Source of the DNA: Opitutia bacterium UBA5964
GTDB lineage: Bacteria; Verrucomicrobiota; Verrucomicrobiia; Opitutales; Coraliomargaritaceae
Assembly: GCA_002430605.1 (NCBI GenBank)
Contig: DJBY01000111.1
Span: 37,691-94,377, forward strand
Length of the DNA: 56,687 nucleotides
Reading direction: 5' to 3'
The position numbers and the translations under genes are program-made. This document shows, one piece after another, positions 1 through 8,742 of the stretch (its first letter is position 1; each line of letters starts with the position of its first letter). The notes under the pieces are model-generated. The model saw only the letters and a program-made list of their open reading frames with translations. It was not told the origin of the DNA and did no database searches.

Positions 1-16
1 GAATCGACGAGGAACC

Positions 17-46
17 AAAAAAAAAGCACCTGTTAGGGCGCTTTTT
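17..46 (-). terminator. Rho-independent terminator downstream of the cold-shock gene
   Basis: Minus strand reads AAAAAGCGCC-CTAACA-GGTGCTTTTTTTTT: stem with a G-U pair followed by a U9 tract, ~37 nt past the csp stop. Confidence 0.75.
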
Positions 47-82
47 GTAAAGTAACGCTAGAGAGCGTCGATGTTTTCGAAA

Positions 83-286
83 TTAAGCAGCATTTACATT
101 CGTAGCGCAGGGACCTTTTTGCCCTGAGCCGATTTCGAATGTAACCTTTTGGCCTTCGTCGAGGGAGGCATAGCCATCCATCTGAATTTCTGAGTGGTGA
201 ACGAAAAGATCAGTTCCGCCATTATCTGGCGTGATGAAACCGTAACCCTTTTCCGAGCTGAACCATTTAACTATTCCTGTTTCCAT
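83..286 (-). CDS. cspA: Cold-shock protein (CspA family)
   Basis: 67 aa with GIVKWF, RNP1 KGYGFI, RNP2 LFVHHS and KGPCATNV. Confidence 0.95.
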   Translation of the reverse strand: METGIVKWFSSEKGYGFITPDNGGTDLFVHHSEIQMDGYASLDEGQKVTFEIGSGQKGPCATNVNAA

Positions 287-440
287 ATGTATTATTTCCT
301 GAATTAAAAATGTATTGTGTATGGGGTTTTTTTAGAAAAGCCACATAAATCGTCAGTAATTTATAATAATTTATATTTTAACATGCAAAATAAGGTATTT
401 TTTTATTTCGCGTGGCTTAGGCCTTTTTTTCAAAAACACG

Positions 441-470
441 TTGACAGAAGTGGCTAATTTAGAATTCTCT
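441..470 (+). promoter_or_regulatory. Candidate sigma70-type promoter for tRNA-Gly
   Basis: Perfect TTGACA at 441-446, 42 nt upstream of the tRNA; the -10 element is not consensus at 17-nt spacing. Confidence 0.4.
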
Positions 471-487
471 GCGACTTCTTCCAATAA

Positions 488-568
<81 letters not shown>

Positions 569-602
569 AAAACCCCCGGTCTAAACGATCGGGGGTTTTT
601 TA
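569..602 (+). terminator. Rho-independent terminator after tRNA-Gly
   Basis: AAAACCCCCGGTC-TAAAC-GATCGGGGGTTTTTT hairpin plus U tract. Confidence 0.85.
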
Positions 603-616
603 TTGCAACAATGAAG

Positions 617-742
617 CGGTGAGAACTCGACTAGAGAGTTTGACGTAGTTCGCGCAGCGTGCGGAGATGACCCCACCTTGTTGGACGCTGCGTCGCAGTG
701 AGGCGCAGCCTCAGTCAACCGCTCAGCTGGCTCCATTTTTAA
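617..742 (+). repeat. tRNA-linked element: degenerate copy of the tRNA-Gly T arm/3' end with a structured insert
   Basis: 717-742 matches 545-570 at 22/26 positions; GAGAGTTTGA (634-643) matches GAGAGTTCGA (536-545); internal hairpin TGAGGC-GCA-GCCTCA. Confidence 0.65.
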
Positions 743-1038
743 GCCCCTACGCATTTGATAATTAGGGGATTTGCTGTCTCTGGGTGAGCGGCATGGCCGA
801 TTTTAGGGAATTGAGGAATTGTCCAAAGTGGACTGAAGTGACGAGTGTCGACAATTTATACTGATCGTTCGCGCACAATCGCCTGATGGCTGGCGCATAT
901 TTATTGTAAAGTGTGCGACGACTGACGTAAGTTTCGCTGTCCTCGTCTATCATGATAGGCGAGGCGGGCTAGTCTTGTTAAAGTGTGGGGGGGGGCTGTA
1001 TAAAGGGTCTGTCATCGTCATTAAAAATAGAGATCGAA

Positions 1039-3291
1039 ATGAAAAGAAGAATTAAGATGTGTGGTTCGCGACCGTGGCTCGTTCTGTTGTTTGCCTGTGC
1101 TGGGCTTGAGGCTGTGGCCAGTGATTCTCTGGAGGCATACAATGTGGTGTGGGATTCGCCGAGCGCGGACTGTCACGGGTCGATGCCGATTGGAAACGGG
1201 GATCTGGCCGCCAATGTTTGGGTGGAACCGAATGGTGATTTGGTGTTTTATCTTTCGAAGAGCGATGCCTGGAGTGGTGATCAGGATCTGCTTAAACTTG
1301 GGCGGGTTCGCGTTCGGCTCGATGAGCCGTTGATGCAGGAGGGATCTGTTTTCAAACAGGAACTGGATCTAGCGACTGGTACCATTCGCATTCAATCGGA
1401 AATTGGAAATATGAAATCGGCAATCCGGTTCTGGATTGATGCCAACAACCCAGTGGTAAATGTAGAGATCGAAGGCTCCGAAGCGTTCAACGCACAGGTG
1501 TCGCTGGAGTCCTGGCGCACACCAGAGGTGAAGCGTTACGGAGGCGCGGAGCCGGATACGATTCTGTGTGCGGAGGGGGACACGATTCGCTGGTTTCAGC
1601 GAAATATAAGATCTGTCTACGCGGATAATTTGAATCAGCAACATCTTGGGCATTTGATCGAAAAGTATCCTGACCCCCTGAAAGACCTCACCTTCGGCGG
1701 TTTGATTTCCGGCGAAGGGCTGGAGACCAAAGACGCCCAAATAATGGTGACAAAAAAACCGGTAAAAAGCCTGCATGTTCGAGTGCATGCATTAACCGCG
1801 CAGACCGAAACATCGGATGAGTGGATTAAGCAGATCGAAGCGCAGCGCGACACGGTGGAAGCTCTGCCCGTTGCAAACACCCGAAAGCAGCATGAAACCT
1901 ATTGGACGGAATTTTGGTCGCGCAGCCGACTTTTGCTGAGCGGAACGCCGGATGCCGAGCGTGTCGCACAAGCCTATGTATTGCAGCGCTGGGTTCAGTC
2001 CTGCGCCGGGCGGGGGGCGTATCCGATTAAATTTAACGGCTCTCTCTTTACAGTCGATGGACTGGAAGTTGACCGAAAGACAAAAGTGGTGACCGAGCAC
2101 GGCCCCGACTATCGTCGCTGGGGCGGTTGCTACTGGTTCCAGAATACGCGTGAACCCTACTGGGCGATGCTCTATTCGGGGGACTTTGATCAGATGGAAG
2201 CGCTGTGGGAAATGTATCGCGATGCGCTCCCGCTGTTAAAGGATAGGACGCACAGCTATTTTAAACACGACGGCATTTTTTGCTCGGAGACGATGCAATT
2301 TTGGGGACTGAACAAATCGGGTGATTTTGGACGGAATAACCCATCGTTCTATCCGACAAACCCGTGGATTCGTTACTACTGGGATAGCGGCAACGAGCTC
2401 TCTTTGATGATGCTCGATTTCTACGCGCATTCGCAGGAAGAGGCGTTCGCTAAAACCACCCTGATCCCGATCGCGGGTGAAGTGGTGAAGTTTTATGATC
2501 AACATTATCAGCGCAATGCGGAGGGGAAAGTACACTTTTCGCCATCCATGGCATTGGAAACCTGGCATGAAGCGGAAGATCCGCTGCCGGTGGTTGTCGG
2601 GCTACAGACGGTGTTGACCCGCCTGCTGGACCTGCCGGAAAAACTGACCACGCCAGAGCAACGGGCCGACTGGAAACGCTTCCTCTCGGAGTTGCCAGAG
2701 ATTCCTGTCGGTGAAGAGGGCGCAACCAAATGGATCAAACCTGCGCATGTCTATTCGGAAAAGAAGAATAGCGAGAATCCGGAACTGTATGCCGTGTTCC
2801 CGTATCGTACCTACACCGTGGGCAAACCTGATCTGGAGCTCGCCCGCGAAACCTGGCGGCGGCGCTTAGTCAAACGCACTGGCGGTTGGTCGCAGGATGC
2901 TATCCAGGCCGCGATGCTCGGTCTGACTCATGAGGCAAAAGGCTATGTGGTAAAGAATGTCACGAATCGTTCTCCCATTGGTTCACCCCCAGTCGTTAGC
3001 CCGCGCTTCCCAGCTTTCTGGGGGCCGAACTTTGACGGGACTCCGGATCAGTGCCATGGCTCGGTTACCATGATCGCGCTACAGCGCATGCTGATGCTGT
3101 GCGACGGCGACACCATCCGCCTGCTACCCGCCTGGCCGAAGGAGTGGAATGCCGACTTTAAACTGCATGCCCCGCAAAACACGACGGTCGAAGGCCGAGT
3201 GGTGGATGGGAAACTGGTTGAACTTAAGGTCACGCCTGAGTCCCGCAGTAAGGATGTCATCATCATGGATGCGCAGTCGTTAAACAATTGA
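1039..3291 (+). CDS. Secreted GH95-like glycoside hydrolase (DUF5703-type)
   Basis: Signal-peptide-like N terminus; YNVVWDSPS..SMPIGNGD, PIKFNGSLFT, YWFQNTR, ENPELYAVFP and C-terminal RLLPAWPKEW..FKLHAP typical of DUF5703/GH95-like enzymes. ATG 1039 preferred over the track start at 985. Confidence 0.75.
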   Translation: MKRRIKMCGSRPWLVLLFACAGLEAVASDSLEAYNVVWDSPSADCHGSMPIGNGDLAANVWVEPNGDLVFYLSKSDAWSGDQDLLKLGRVRVRLDEPLMQEGSVFKQELDLATGTIRIQSEIGNMKSAIRFWIDANNPVVNVEIEGSEAFNAQVSLESWRTPEVKRYGGAEPDTILCAEGDTIRWFQRNIRSVYADNLNQQHLGHLIEKYPDPLKDLTFGGLISGEGLETKDAQIMVTKKPVKSLHVRVHALTAQTETSDEWIKQIEAQRDTVEALPVANTRKQHETYWTEFWSRSRLLLSGTPDAERVAQAYVLQRWVQSCAGRGAYPIKFNGSLFTVDGLEVDRKTKVVTEHGPDYRRWGGCYWFQNTREPYWAMLYSGDFDQMEALWEMYRDALPLLKDRTHSYFKHDGIFCSETMQFWGLNKSGDFGRNNPSFYPTNPWIRYYWDSGNELSLMMLDFYAHSQEEAFAKTTLIPIAGEVVKFYDQHYQRNAEGKVHFSPSMALETWHEAEDPLPVVVGLQTVLTRLLDLPEKLTTPEQRADWKRFLSELPEIPVGEEGATKWIKPAHVYSEKKNSENPELYAVFPYRTYTVGKPDLELARETWRRRLVKRTGGWSQDAIQAAMLGLTHEAKGYVVKNVTNRSPIGSPPVVSPRFPAFWGPNFDGTPDQCHGSVTMIALQRMLMLCDGDTIRLLPAWPKEWNADFKLHAPQNTTVEGRVVDGKLVELKVTPESRSKDVIIMDAQSLNN

Positions 3292-3312
3292 GTCATCAAA
3301 CAAGGACAATAT

Positions 3313-5202
3313 ATGAAAAAACATAGCACACTTCTCGCCTCTCTCATTCTGGCGTGCACGCTGCAGGCGACCGAATATCATGTCTCGGAATCTGGTTCAG
3401 ATAAAACTGGCGGCTCTCAAGCGCAGCCCTTACGGACGATTTCAAAAGCAGCAGACATGGCCCAAGCGGGCGATGTGACTACCAATCACCAAGGCGTTTC
3501 CCGTGAGCGCATCAATCTGCCACCTAGAGAGGCAGCGTCCCAGCCAAATATTCTGTGGCTCGTGAGCGAAGACAATAGCCCCTTTTGGGTTTCCTGTTAC
3601 GGCAGTCCAAATGCCAAGACCCCCTATATTGATCAACTCGCGGCCGAGGGATTTCGCTACACCCACTGCTACGATAATTCCGCGGTCTGCGCACCGACAC
3701 GTAACACCTGGCTCACTGGTTTGCATTGTATCTCTACGGGGAATCAACCAATGCGCAGTGGCTATGCCTTGCCTGCTGAAGTCTACAACCAGACCTACAT
3801 CGACCAACTTCTCGCCGCCGGTTACAATGTCTCTGCGAAATACAAACAAGACTATAACTTCTCTGGTCGCGATGGCGAAACGCTAAGGGGGAACCTCTCC
3901 AAAGATTGGGGACAACTCCCTTCCGATCAACCGTTCTTTATCGTCCGCAACTACGCGGAGAGCCACGAAAGCCGTGCTTTCCCCAAGGAGACTCGGGTTC
4001 GTGCTGACCCCGCCGCGATGGTTCTTCATCCCTATCACCCCGACCTTCCAGGTATTCGCCAAAGTTATGCCCGTTACACCGACTCCATTGCGTCGCTGGA
4101 TAAAAGGATTGGCGAGAACATTGACTGGTTGAAAAAAACGGGGCGCTACGAAGACACCATCATCATCTATTGCTCCGACCATGGCGGTGTCCTGCCTCGA
4201 TCCAAGCGATTCCTCTACAACTCCGGAACACACTGCCCCCTGATTATCCGCATCCCAGAGAAATTCAAACATCTCTGGCCCGCGGAAAAACCTGGGAGCA
4301 CCGTTGACCGGCTGGTCTCCTTCGTGGACATGCCCAAAACCTGGCTCTCGCTTGCCGGTGCAGAGATCCCCTCGACCTACCAAGGAACCATCTTCCTTGG
4401 TGAACATACGGAGCCGGAACCCAAACATCATTTTGCCTACCGGGGACGCGCTGACGAGTGCCTCGACATGGCGCGCGCTATCCGTGATAAATCCCACACG
4501 TATATCAAGAACTACTACCCCTATATTCCCAACGGCCAGAAGCTGAACTATCTCTGGCGCATCCAGGCCACACAAGTCTGGGAACAGCATTTCCTGGAAG
4601 GCAAGACCACTCCCATCCAGAGCCAGTTTTTTCTCCCGCGACCTCCATACCAGTTTTTCGATGATGTAGCCGACTACGATAATATCCAAAACTTGATTGA
4701 CCGGCCCGAGCATCAGGAAAAAATCACATCTCTTCAACAAGCCCTGCGCCAACAACAACTAGAGTTTTACGACAGTGGACTTCTTCCTGAGGACATGCGC
4801 AACCGCCGTGCCGCTGAGCATCAGATCACCCTCTACGAACTGGTCCGTAACCCTCGGCTTTATCCGCTGGAAGCGTATCTTGATGCCGCCGACCTTGCCC
4901 TTAGCAGGGTCCCGGAAAACCTCCCCACGTTTCTGGAAAACCTCAGCGATCCCGACGAAGGCCTACGATGGTGGGCTATTAATGGTCTCAAGAACCTTGG
5001 GCCGTATGCGAAGTCAGCACAAAAAGAGATCCTTCAGGCTGCTGAACACGACTCCGCCCAGGAAGTTCGCCTACTCGCCGCCTGGATCCTCTATGACTTC
5101 GGGGAAACTGCTGTGTTTGAAAACGTCATTGCTGATATCCAGAAGGTCGGCATTCAGTCCGTGTCCCATTACGAAACGACTGTCAAACAGGTCGCGCGGT
5201 AA
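3313..5202 (+). CDS. Cys-type sulfatase with an N-terminal DUF1565-like fragment and C-terminal HEAT-like repeats
   Basis: PNILWLVSED, CAPTRNTWLTG (CxPxR), YCSDHG, RSKRFLY; C-terminal LSDPDEGLRWWA and EVRLLAAW HEAT-like motifs. Confidence 0.88.
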   Translation: MKKHSTLLASLILACTLQATEYHVSESGSDKTGGSQAQPLRTISKAADMAQAGDVTTNHQGVSRERINLPPREAASQPNILWLVSEDNSPFWVSCYGSPNAKTPYIDQLAAEGFRYTHCYDNSAVCAPTRNTWLTGLHCISTGNQPMRSGYALPAEVYNQTYIDQLLAAGYNVSAKYKQDYNFSGRDGETLRGNLSKDWGQLPSDQPFFIVRNYAESHESRAFPKETRVRADPAAMVLHPYHPDLPGIRQSYARYTDSIASLDKRIGENIDWLKKTGRYEDTIIIYCSDHGGVLPRSKRFLYNSGTHCPLIIRIPEKFKHLWPAEKPGSTVDRLVSFVDMPKTWLSLAGAEIPSTYQGTIFLGEHTEPEPKHHFAYRGRADECLDMARAIRDKSHTYIKNYYPYIPNGQKLNYLWRIQATQVWEQHFLEGKTTPIQSQFFLPRPPYQFFDDVADYDNIQNLIDRPEHQEKITSLQQALRQQQLEFYDSGLLPEDMRNRRAAEHQITLYELVRNPRLYPLEAYLDAADLALSRVPENLPTFLENLSDPDEGLRWWAINGLKNLGPYAKSAQKEILQAAEHDSAQEVRLLAAWILYDFGETAVFENVIADIQKVGIQSVSHYETTVKQVAR

Positions 5203-5669
5203 AACAGCAATCGCGGAGGGTGTGAGGAGGTTGATCGCGAAACGCGAAGCAGGCCACACCGGAAAATAGCATGCAAGGGGATTAAAAGAGCCTGTCGCTA
5301 GAGAAACCTTCAGTTGCGTTAACGCAATAAAGATGCAGAGGGTTAACCCTATTCTGGCGTATGGCGGATGACTGTCCCTCCCGCCTGTTCTATTAAATTC
5401 CAGATTGCGGTCATCATTTGATCTGTTGGCGCATGCCAAACCGTGAGTGAAATAATGCTATCAATTTATTGTATAGTCCTGCCAAGCCTGATGTACTGTC
5501 GCGTGTAAGATCGAACAGGTTCCGTTGCCTAGCTCTAGTGTATATGCGACACATCCCCTCGGCATGCTTCGTATGCATCAAACTCGCTCTCCCCGCCTAC
5601 ACGATACTCTCGACCGCCTTACCCAAAAACAAATTCCTAGCAGTCGCAGTCAAAAGAATAGGTAAAAAA

Positions 5670-5864
5670 ATGACGACTTCCATCATTCAGTTATTCGCTT
5701 TGGTTGCGGGCTTTTCGACTGCTGTATTTGCGGCGACGCAGGCAGGCTCAACGACCGCCGAGAAACCAAACATCCTGTGGATTGTCACAGAAGACATCGG
5801 TTGTGATATGACCTGCTACGGCGCCAGGGTGCGGACGTCTTTACCAAATAATCATAAACATTAA
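5670..5864 (+). pseudogene. Truncated sulfatase (signal peptide plus first ~25 residues of the catalytic domain)
   Basis: MTTSIIQLFALVAGFSTAVFAA..EKPNILWIVTEDIGCDMTCYGARVRT then unrelated residues and a stop; no CxPxR motif. Confidence 0.8.
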
Positions 5865-5888
5865 ACAACACTAAAGGATGACTGTATT

Positions 5889-7295
5889 ATGAGAGTAAGA
5901 AATCGATCACTTTACTGCATGCTATTAATGACAACGCTCGGCGTGTCAGCAGCTAGCGCCACGGACACACCAAAGGACACCGCCACGGATAACGGATTCA
6001 TTTGGAAATCCGAAGTTCCTAATGATTGTCCATTCGAACAATCTGAAACATTAACCGGGGTTTACTTCACCGGTCGTCACGGTGATTACTACGCGGGAGA
6101 TACCTTCTACCCGACCTGGGCCAGCGATGGAAATCTATATTCTCCCTGGACGGATGGGATCACGGATGAAATCCGATGTCATTCGTGGGGTGCTGGAAAT
6201 GCCAGTACCGGTCACGCCGTCATGAAGGGCGATGATCCACTTAATTTGACGATTACGAATACCTCTCCTCCAAAACTCGGCAGCGCGTTGCCCTATGGCG
6301 GACGCTACCCGGCAGGTTCATTGGTTCATGACGGCGTCTGGTATTACGGCACCTATTGCCTCGGTCCCGGGGGCTCACACAACCACGAGGGATTCCGATG
6401 GAACTGGCCGACGATGGGCCCCATGCCTGGGTTCCAGATTTCTTATGATCTGGGAAAGACCTGGGAGTCTTCACCGCTTTCACCCAAAAATCCACTGTTT
6501 CCCGAGCCGAAGGTGCACCTTGGGCCGGTGAAGTTCGGTGCGCCTCATTTTGTGGATTTTGGAAAAAACATGGAGCATTCACCCGACGGTAAAGCCTACC
6601 TGTTGGCCATGGGGGCGGTCGAAGACGATCCTGAACCACGTCCCTGTCTTGAGACGGTCGGAAACGGTGAGTATGCGGTGCGGGAGTGCGACTCCGATTT
6701 CCCTCATGCGAACCTGAGCTGGATTTCAGGTGATCAGATTTATCTCACAAGAGTCAAGCCTTCGTCGGAAACGATCAACGACATTAAGGCCTACGAGTTT
6801 TTCGGCGGCCACGATGCCGACGGCGAACCAGTGTGGACCAGTGACTTCGAGCAGGTTAAGCCCTTGATCGAGTGGAACAACAACATGGGCTGTGTTACGG
6901 CCACATGGGTTCCAGGGCTCAAGAAATACCTGATGTGCATCACGGATGGATGGCCGACAGTCGCCAAAATGGATTCATACATCCTGGAAGCCGATAAGAT
7001 TACGGGCCCTTGGAAGATGGTCGCTTACCTGAAAGACTTTGGCGAGCAGGCCTATTTTCTCAATTTTCCCACCAAGTTTATCTCTGACGACGGGAAATCA
7101 CTCTGGTTATGTTACTCAGCGAACTTCAGTCCTGGCTGGAATGGTGCGAAGCTGGGGATCAATCCTCCCGGTGGGCGCTATGGGCTGTCCTTTCACGAGT
7201 TAAAACTTCTCGGCCCCGAGGATCAGATCGCGGCCAAGCCTAATCAATACGATCAGGAAGTGAAACGCGGATTGAGATGGGATAAGAACAAGTGA
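5889..7295 (+). CDS. Secreted hypothetical protein, probable beta-propeller carbohydrate-active enzyme (DUF4185-like)
   Basis: Signal peptide; GDTFYPTWASDGNLY, Asp-box-like SYDLGKTW, ILEADKITGPWK, AYFLNFPTKFIS; located within a sulfatase cluster. The family assignment is tentative. Confidence 0.55.
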   Translation: MRVRNRSLYCMLLMTTLGVSAASATDTPKDTATDNGFIWKSEVPNDCPFEQSETLTGVYFTGRHGDYYAGDTFYPTWASDGNLYSPWTDGITDEIRCHSWGAGNASTGHAVMKGDDPLNLTITNTSPPKLGSALPYGGRYPAGSLVHDGVWYYGTYCLGPGGSHNHEGFRWNWPTMGPMPGFQISYDLGKTWESSPLSPKNPLFPEPKVHLGPVKFGAPHFVDFGKNMEHSPDGKAYLLAMGAVEDDPEPRPCLETVGNGEYAVRECDSDFPHANLSWISGDQIYLTRVKPSSETINDIKAYEFFGGHDADGEPVWTSDFEQVKPLIEWNNNMGCVTATWVPGLKKYLMCITDGWPTVAKMDSYILEADKITGPWKMVAYLKDFGEQAYFLNFPTKFISDDGKSLWLCYSANFSPGWNGAKLGINPPGGRYGLSFHELKLLGPEDQIAAKPNQYDQEVKRGLRWDKNK

Positions 7296-7329
7296 AAAAA
7301 TCGACGAGACTCAACAAGTGGAAATAATC

Positions 7330-8742
7330 ATGTTTAAACGGATTTTTATAATGATCGCGATTGCGGTCGGCACGTTGGGTGCGCTGGCGGAATCTCGCCC
7401 CAATATCGTTTTCATTCTCGCGGATGATATGAACCGCGATTCCTGGGGTATTTATGGCAGCGTAGATTGCAAAACACCGAATATTGACAAGTTGGCGAGC
7501 GAGGGCATGCGGTTTGATCGCGCCTATTGTTCGGTGGCGATGTGCGCGCCGTATCGACAGGAATTGTATAGTGGCCGTTCTCCATGGCGCACCGGAACAT
7601 TGCCGAATCATTCAACGTCCAAAGCGGACACCAAAAGTATTCCGCATTATCTGAAGCCGCTCGGCTATCGGGTTGCTCTGGTGGGCAAAGGTCATGTCGC
7701 CCCCCAGCAATGTTATCCATTCGAATTCTTCCCCGGGGATAAGGATAAATCGAAAGATCCGAATCCCGACTGCCTGGAACTGGCAGGGGAATTCATGGAT
7801 TCCTGCGCGGAACAGGATAAGCCGTTTTGTCTCTTTATTGCATCGAACGATTCACACGCGCCGTTTACCACCGGCGACCGCTCCGCTTATGACCCCGCGT
7901 CGCTCACGATTCCTCCCTATTGGCTGGACACCCCTTTGCTGCGGCAGGAGTTGGTGAAATATTATGCCGAGGTTTCAAATTTCGATACGTTGGTTGGACA
8001 GATGCGCGGCGAACTTGAATCGCGCGGATTGTGGGACAATACCATTTTCATGGTCTGTAGTGAGCAGGGCACGCAGCTTCCGTTTGCGAAATGGACCTGC
8101 TATGACAATGGGCTACACTCCGGTTTAGTCGCGCGCTGGGCCGGAGTAACGGCTCCGGGCTCTGTCGCGGGCGAGCTGATTGCCATTGCGGACATCACGC
8201 CAACCTTAGTTGAGGCCGCCGGTGGATCGTTGGAACCCGATGACTGCGACGGAAAGAGTTTCCTGAAGATGCTCAAGGGAGAGAAACAAACGTTGCATCC
8301 CTATGTCTATGGCGCCTTCTCCAACTGCAACATTATCGGAAGCCAAGAACGGATTTTCCCGATACGGGTCATTCGCAACAAGTCGTTTTCCTTAATCTAT
8401 AATCCGAACTACGAAAGCCAGACATCCAACGTAACGCTCGATAACGCGCTGGCGATGCTGGACAATTCATCCAAAGGGGGAAGGGATGTCGCGTCATCCT
8501 GGGTGGAACGATCCCGGCCGGACCCGCTGGTGCACAAGTTGCATCATCGGCCGGAGTATGAACTCTATCTTCTCGAAAAAGATCCCTATGAACTCAAGAA
8601 TGAGATCAACAACCCAGAATATCACGCGGTGGCCGCGGAGTTAAAAAAACAGCTCCATTCGAGGCTCGCGGAACTGGATGATTCGGATCCTATAGAAACG
8701 GAAAAATCACTGATCAAAGTTAAATCGGCGAAGCAAAAATGA
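7330..8742 (+). CDS. Cys-type sulfatase (sulfamidase/SGSH-like)
   Basis: Signal peptide, RPNIVFILADD, CAPYRQELYSG, GKGHV, SHAPF, ELYLLEKDPYELKN. ATG 7330 chosen. Confidence 0.9.
   Translation: MFKRIFIMIAIAVGTLGALAESRPNIVFILADDMNRDSWGIYGSVDCKTPNIDKLASEGMRFDRAYCSVAMCAPYRQELYSGRSPWRTGTLPNHSTSKADTKSIPHYLKPLGYRVALVGKGHVAPQQCYPFEFFPGDKDKSKDPNPDCLELAGEFMDSCAEQDKPFCLFIASNDSHAPFTTGDRSAYDPASLTIPPYWLDTPLLRQELVKYYAEVSNFDTLVGQMRGELESRGLWDNTIFMVCSEQGTQLPFAKWTCYDNGLHSGLVARWAGVTAPGSVAGELIAIADITPTLVEAAGGSLEPDDCDGKSFLKMLKGEKQTLHPYVYGAFSNCNIIGSQERIFPIRVIRNKSFSLIYNPNYESQTSNVTLDNALAMLDNSSKGGRDVASSWVERSRPDPLVHKLHHRPEYELYLLEKDPYELKNEINNPEYHAVAAELKKQLHSRLAELDDSDPIETEKSLIKVKSAKQK

Noticed and set aside
617-742. A second tRNA gene
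   Set aside because: Only T-arm and 3'-end similarity; there is no 5' acceptor strand or D arm, so no cloverleaf. Kept as a repeat.
762-953. 63-aa minus-strand ORF as an integrase remnant
   Set aside because: No tyrosine or serine recombinase motifs are recognisable; probably non-coding.
985-1038. Extended starts in the ORF track (also 5469, 7318, 10145, 22072, 25005, 25072, 33301, 39840, 42759, 42901, 44384, 46833, 50728, 51280, 54800)
   Set aside because: Downstream ATGs place the signal peptide or the conserved family N terminus first; the extensions look non-coding.
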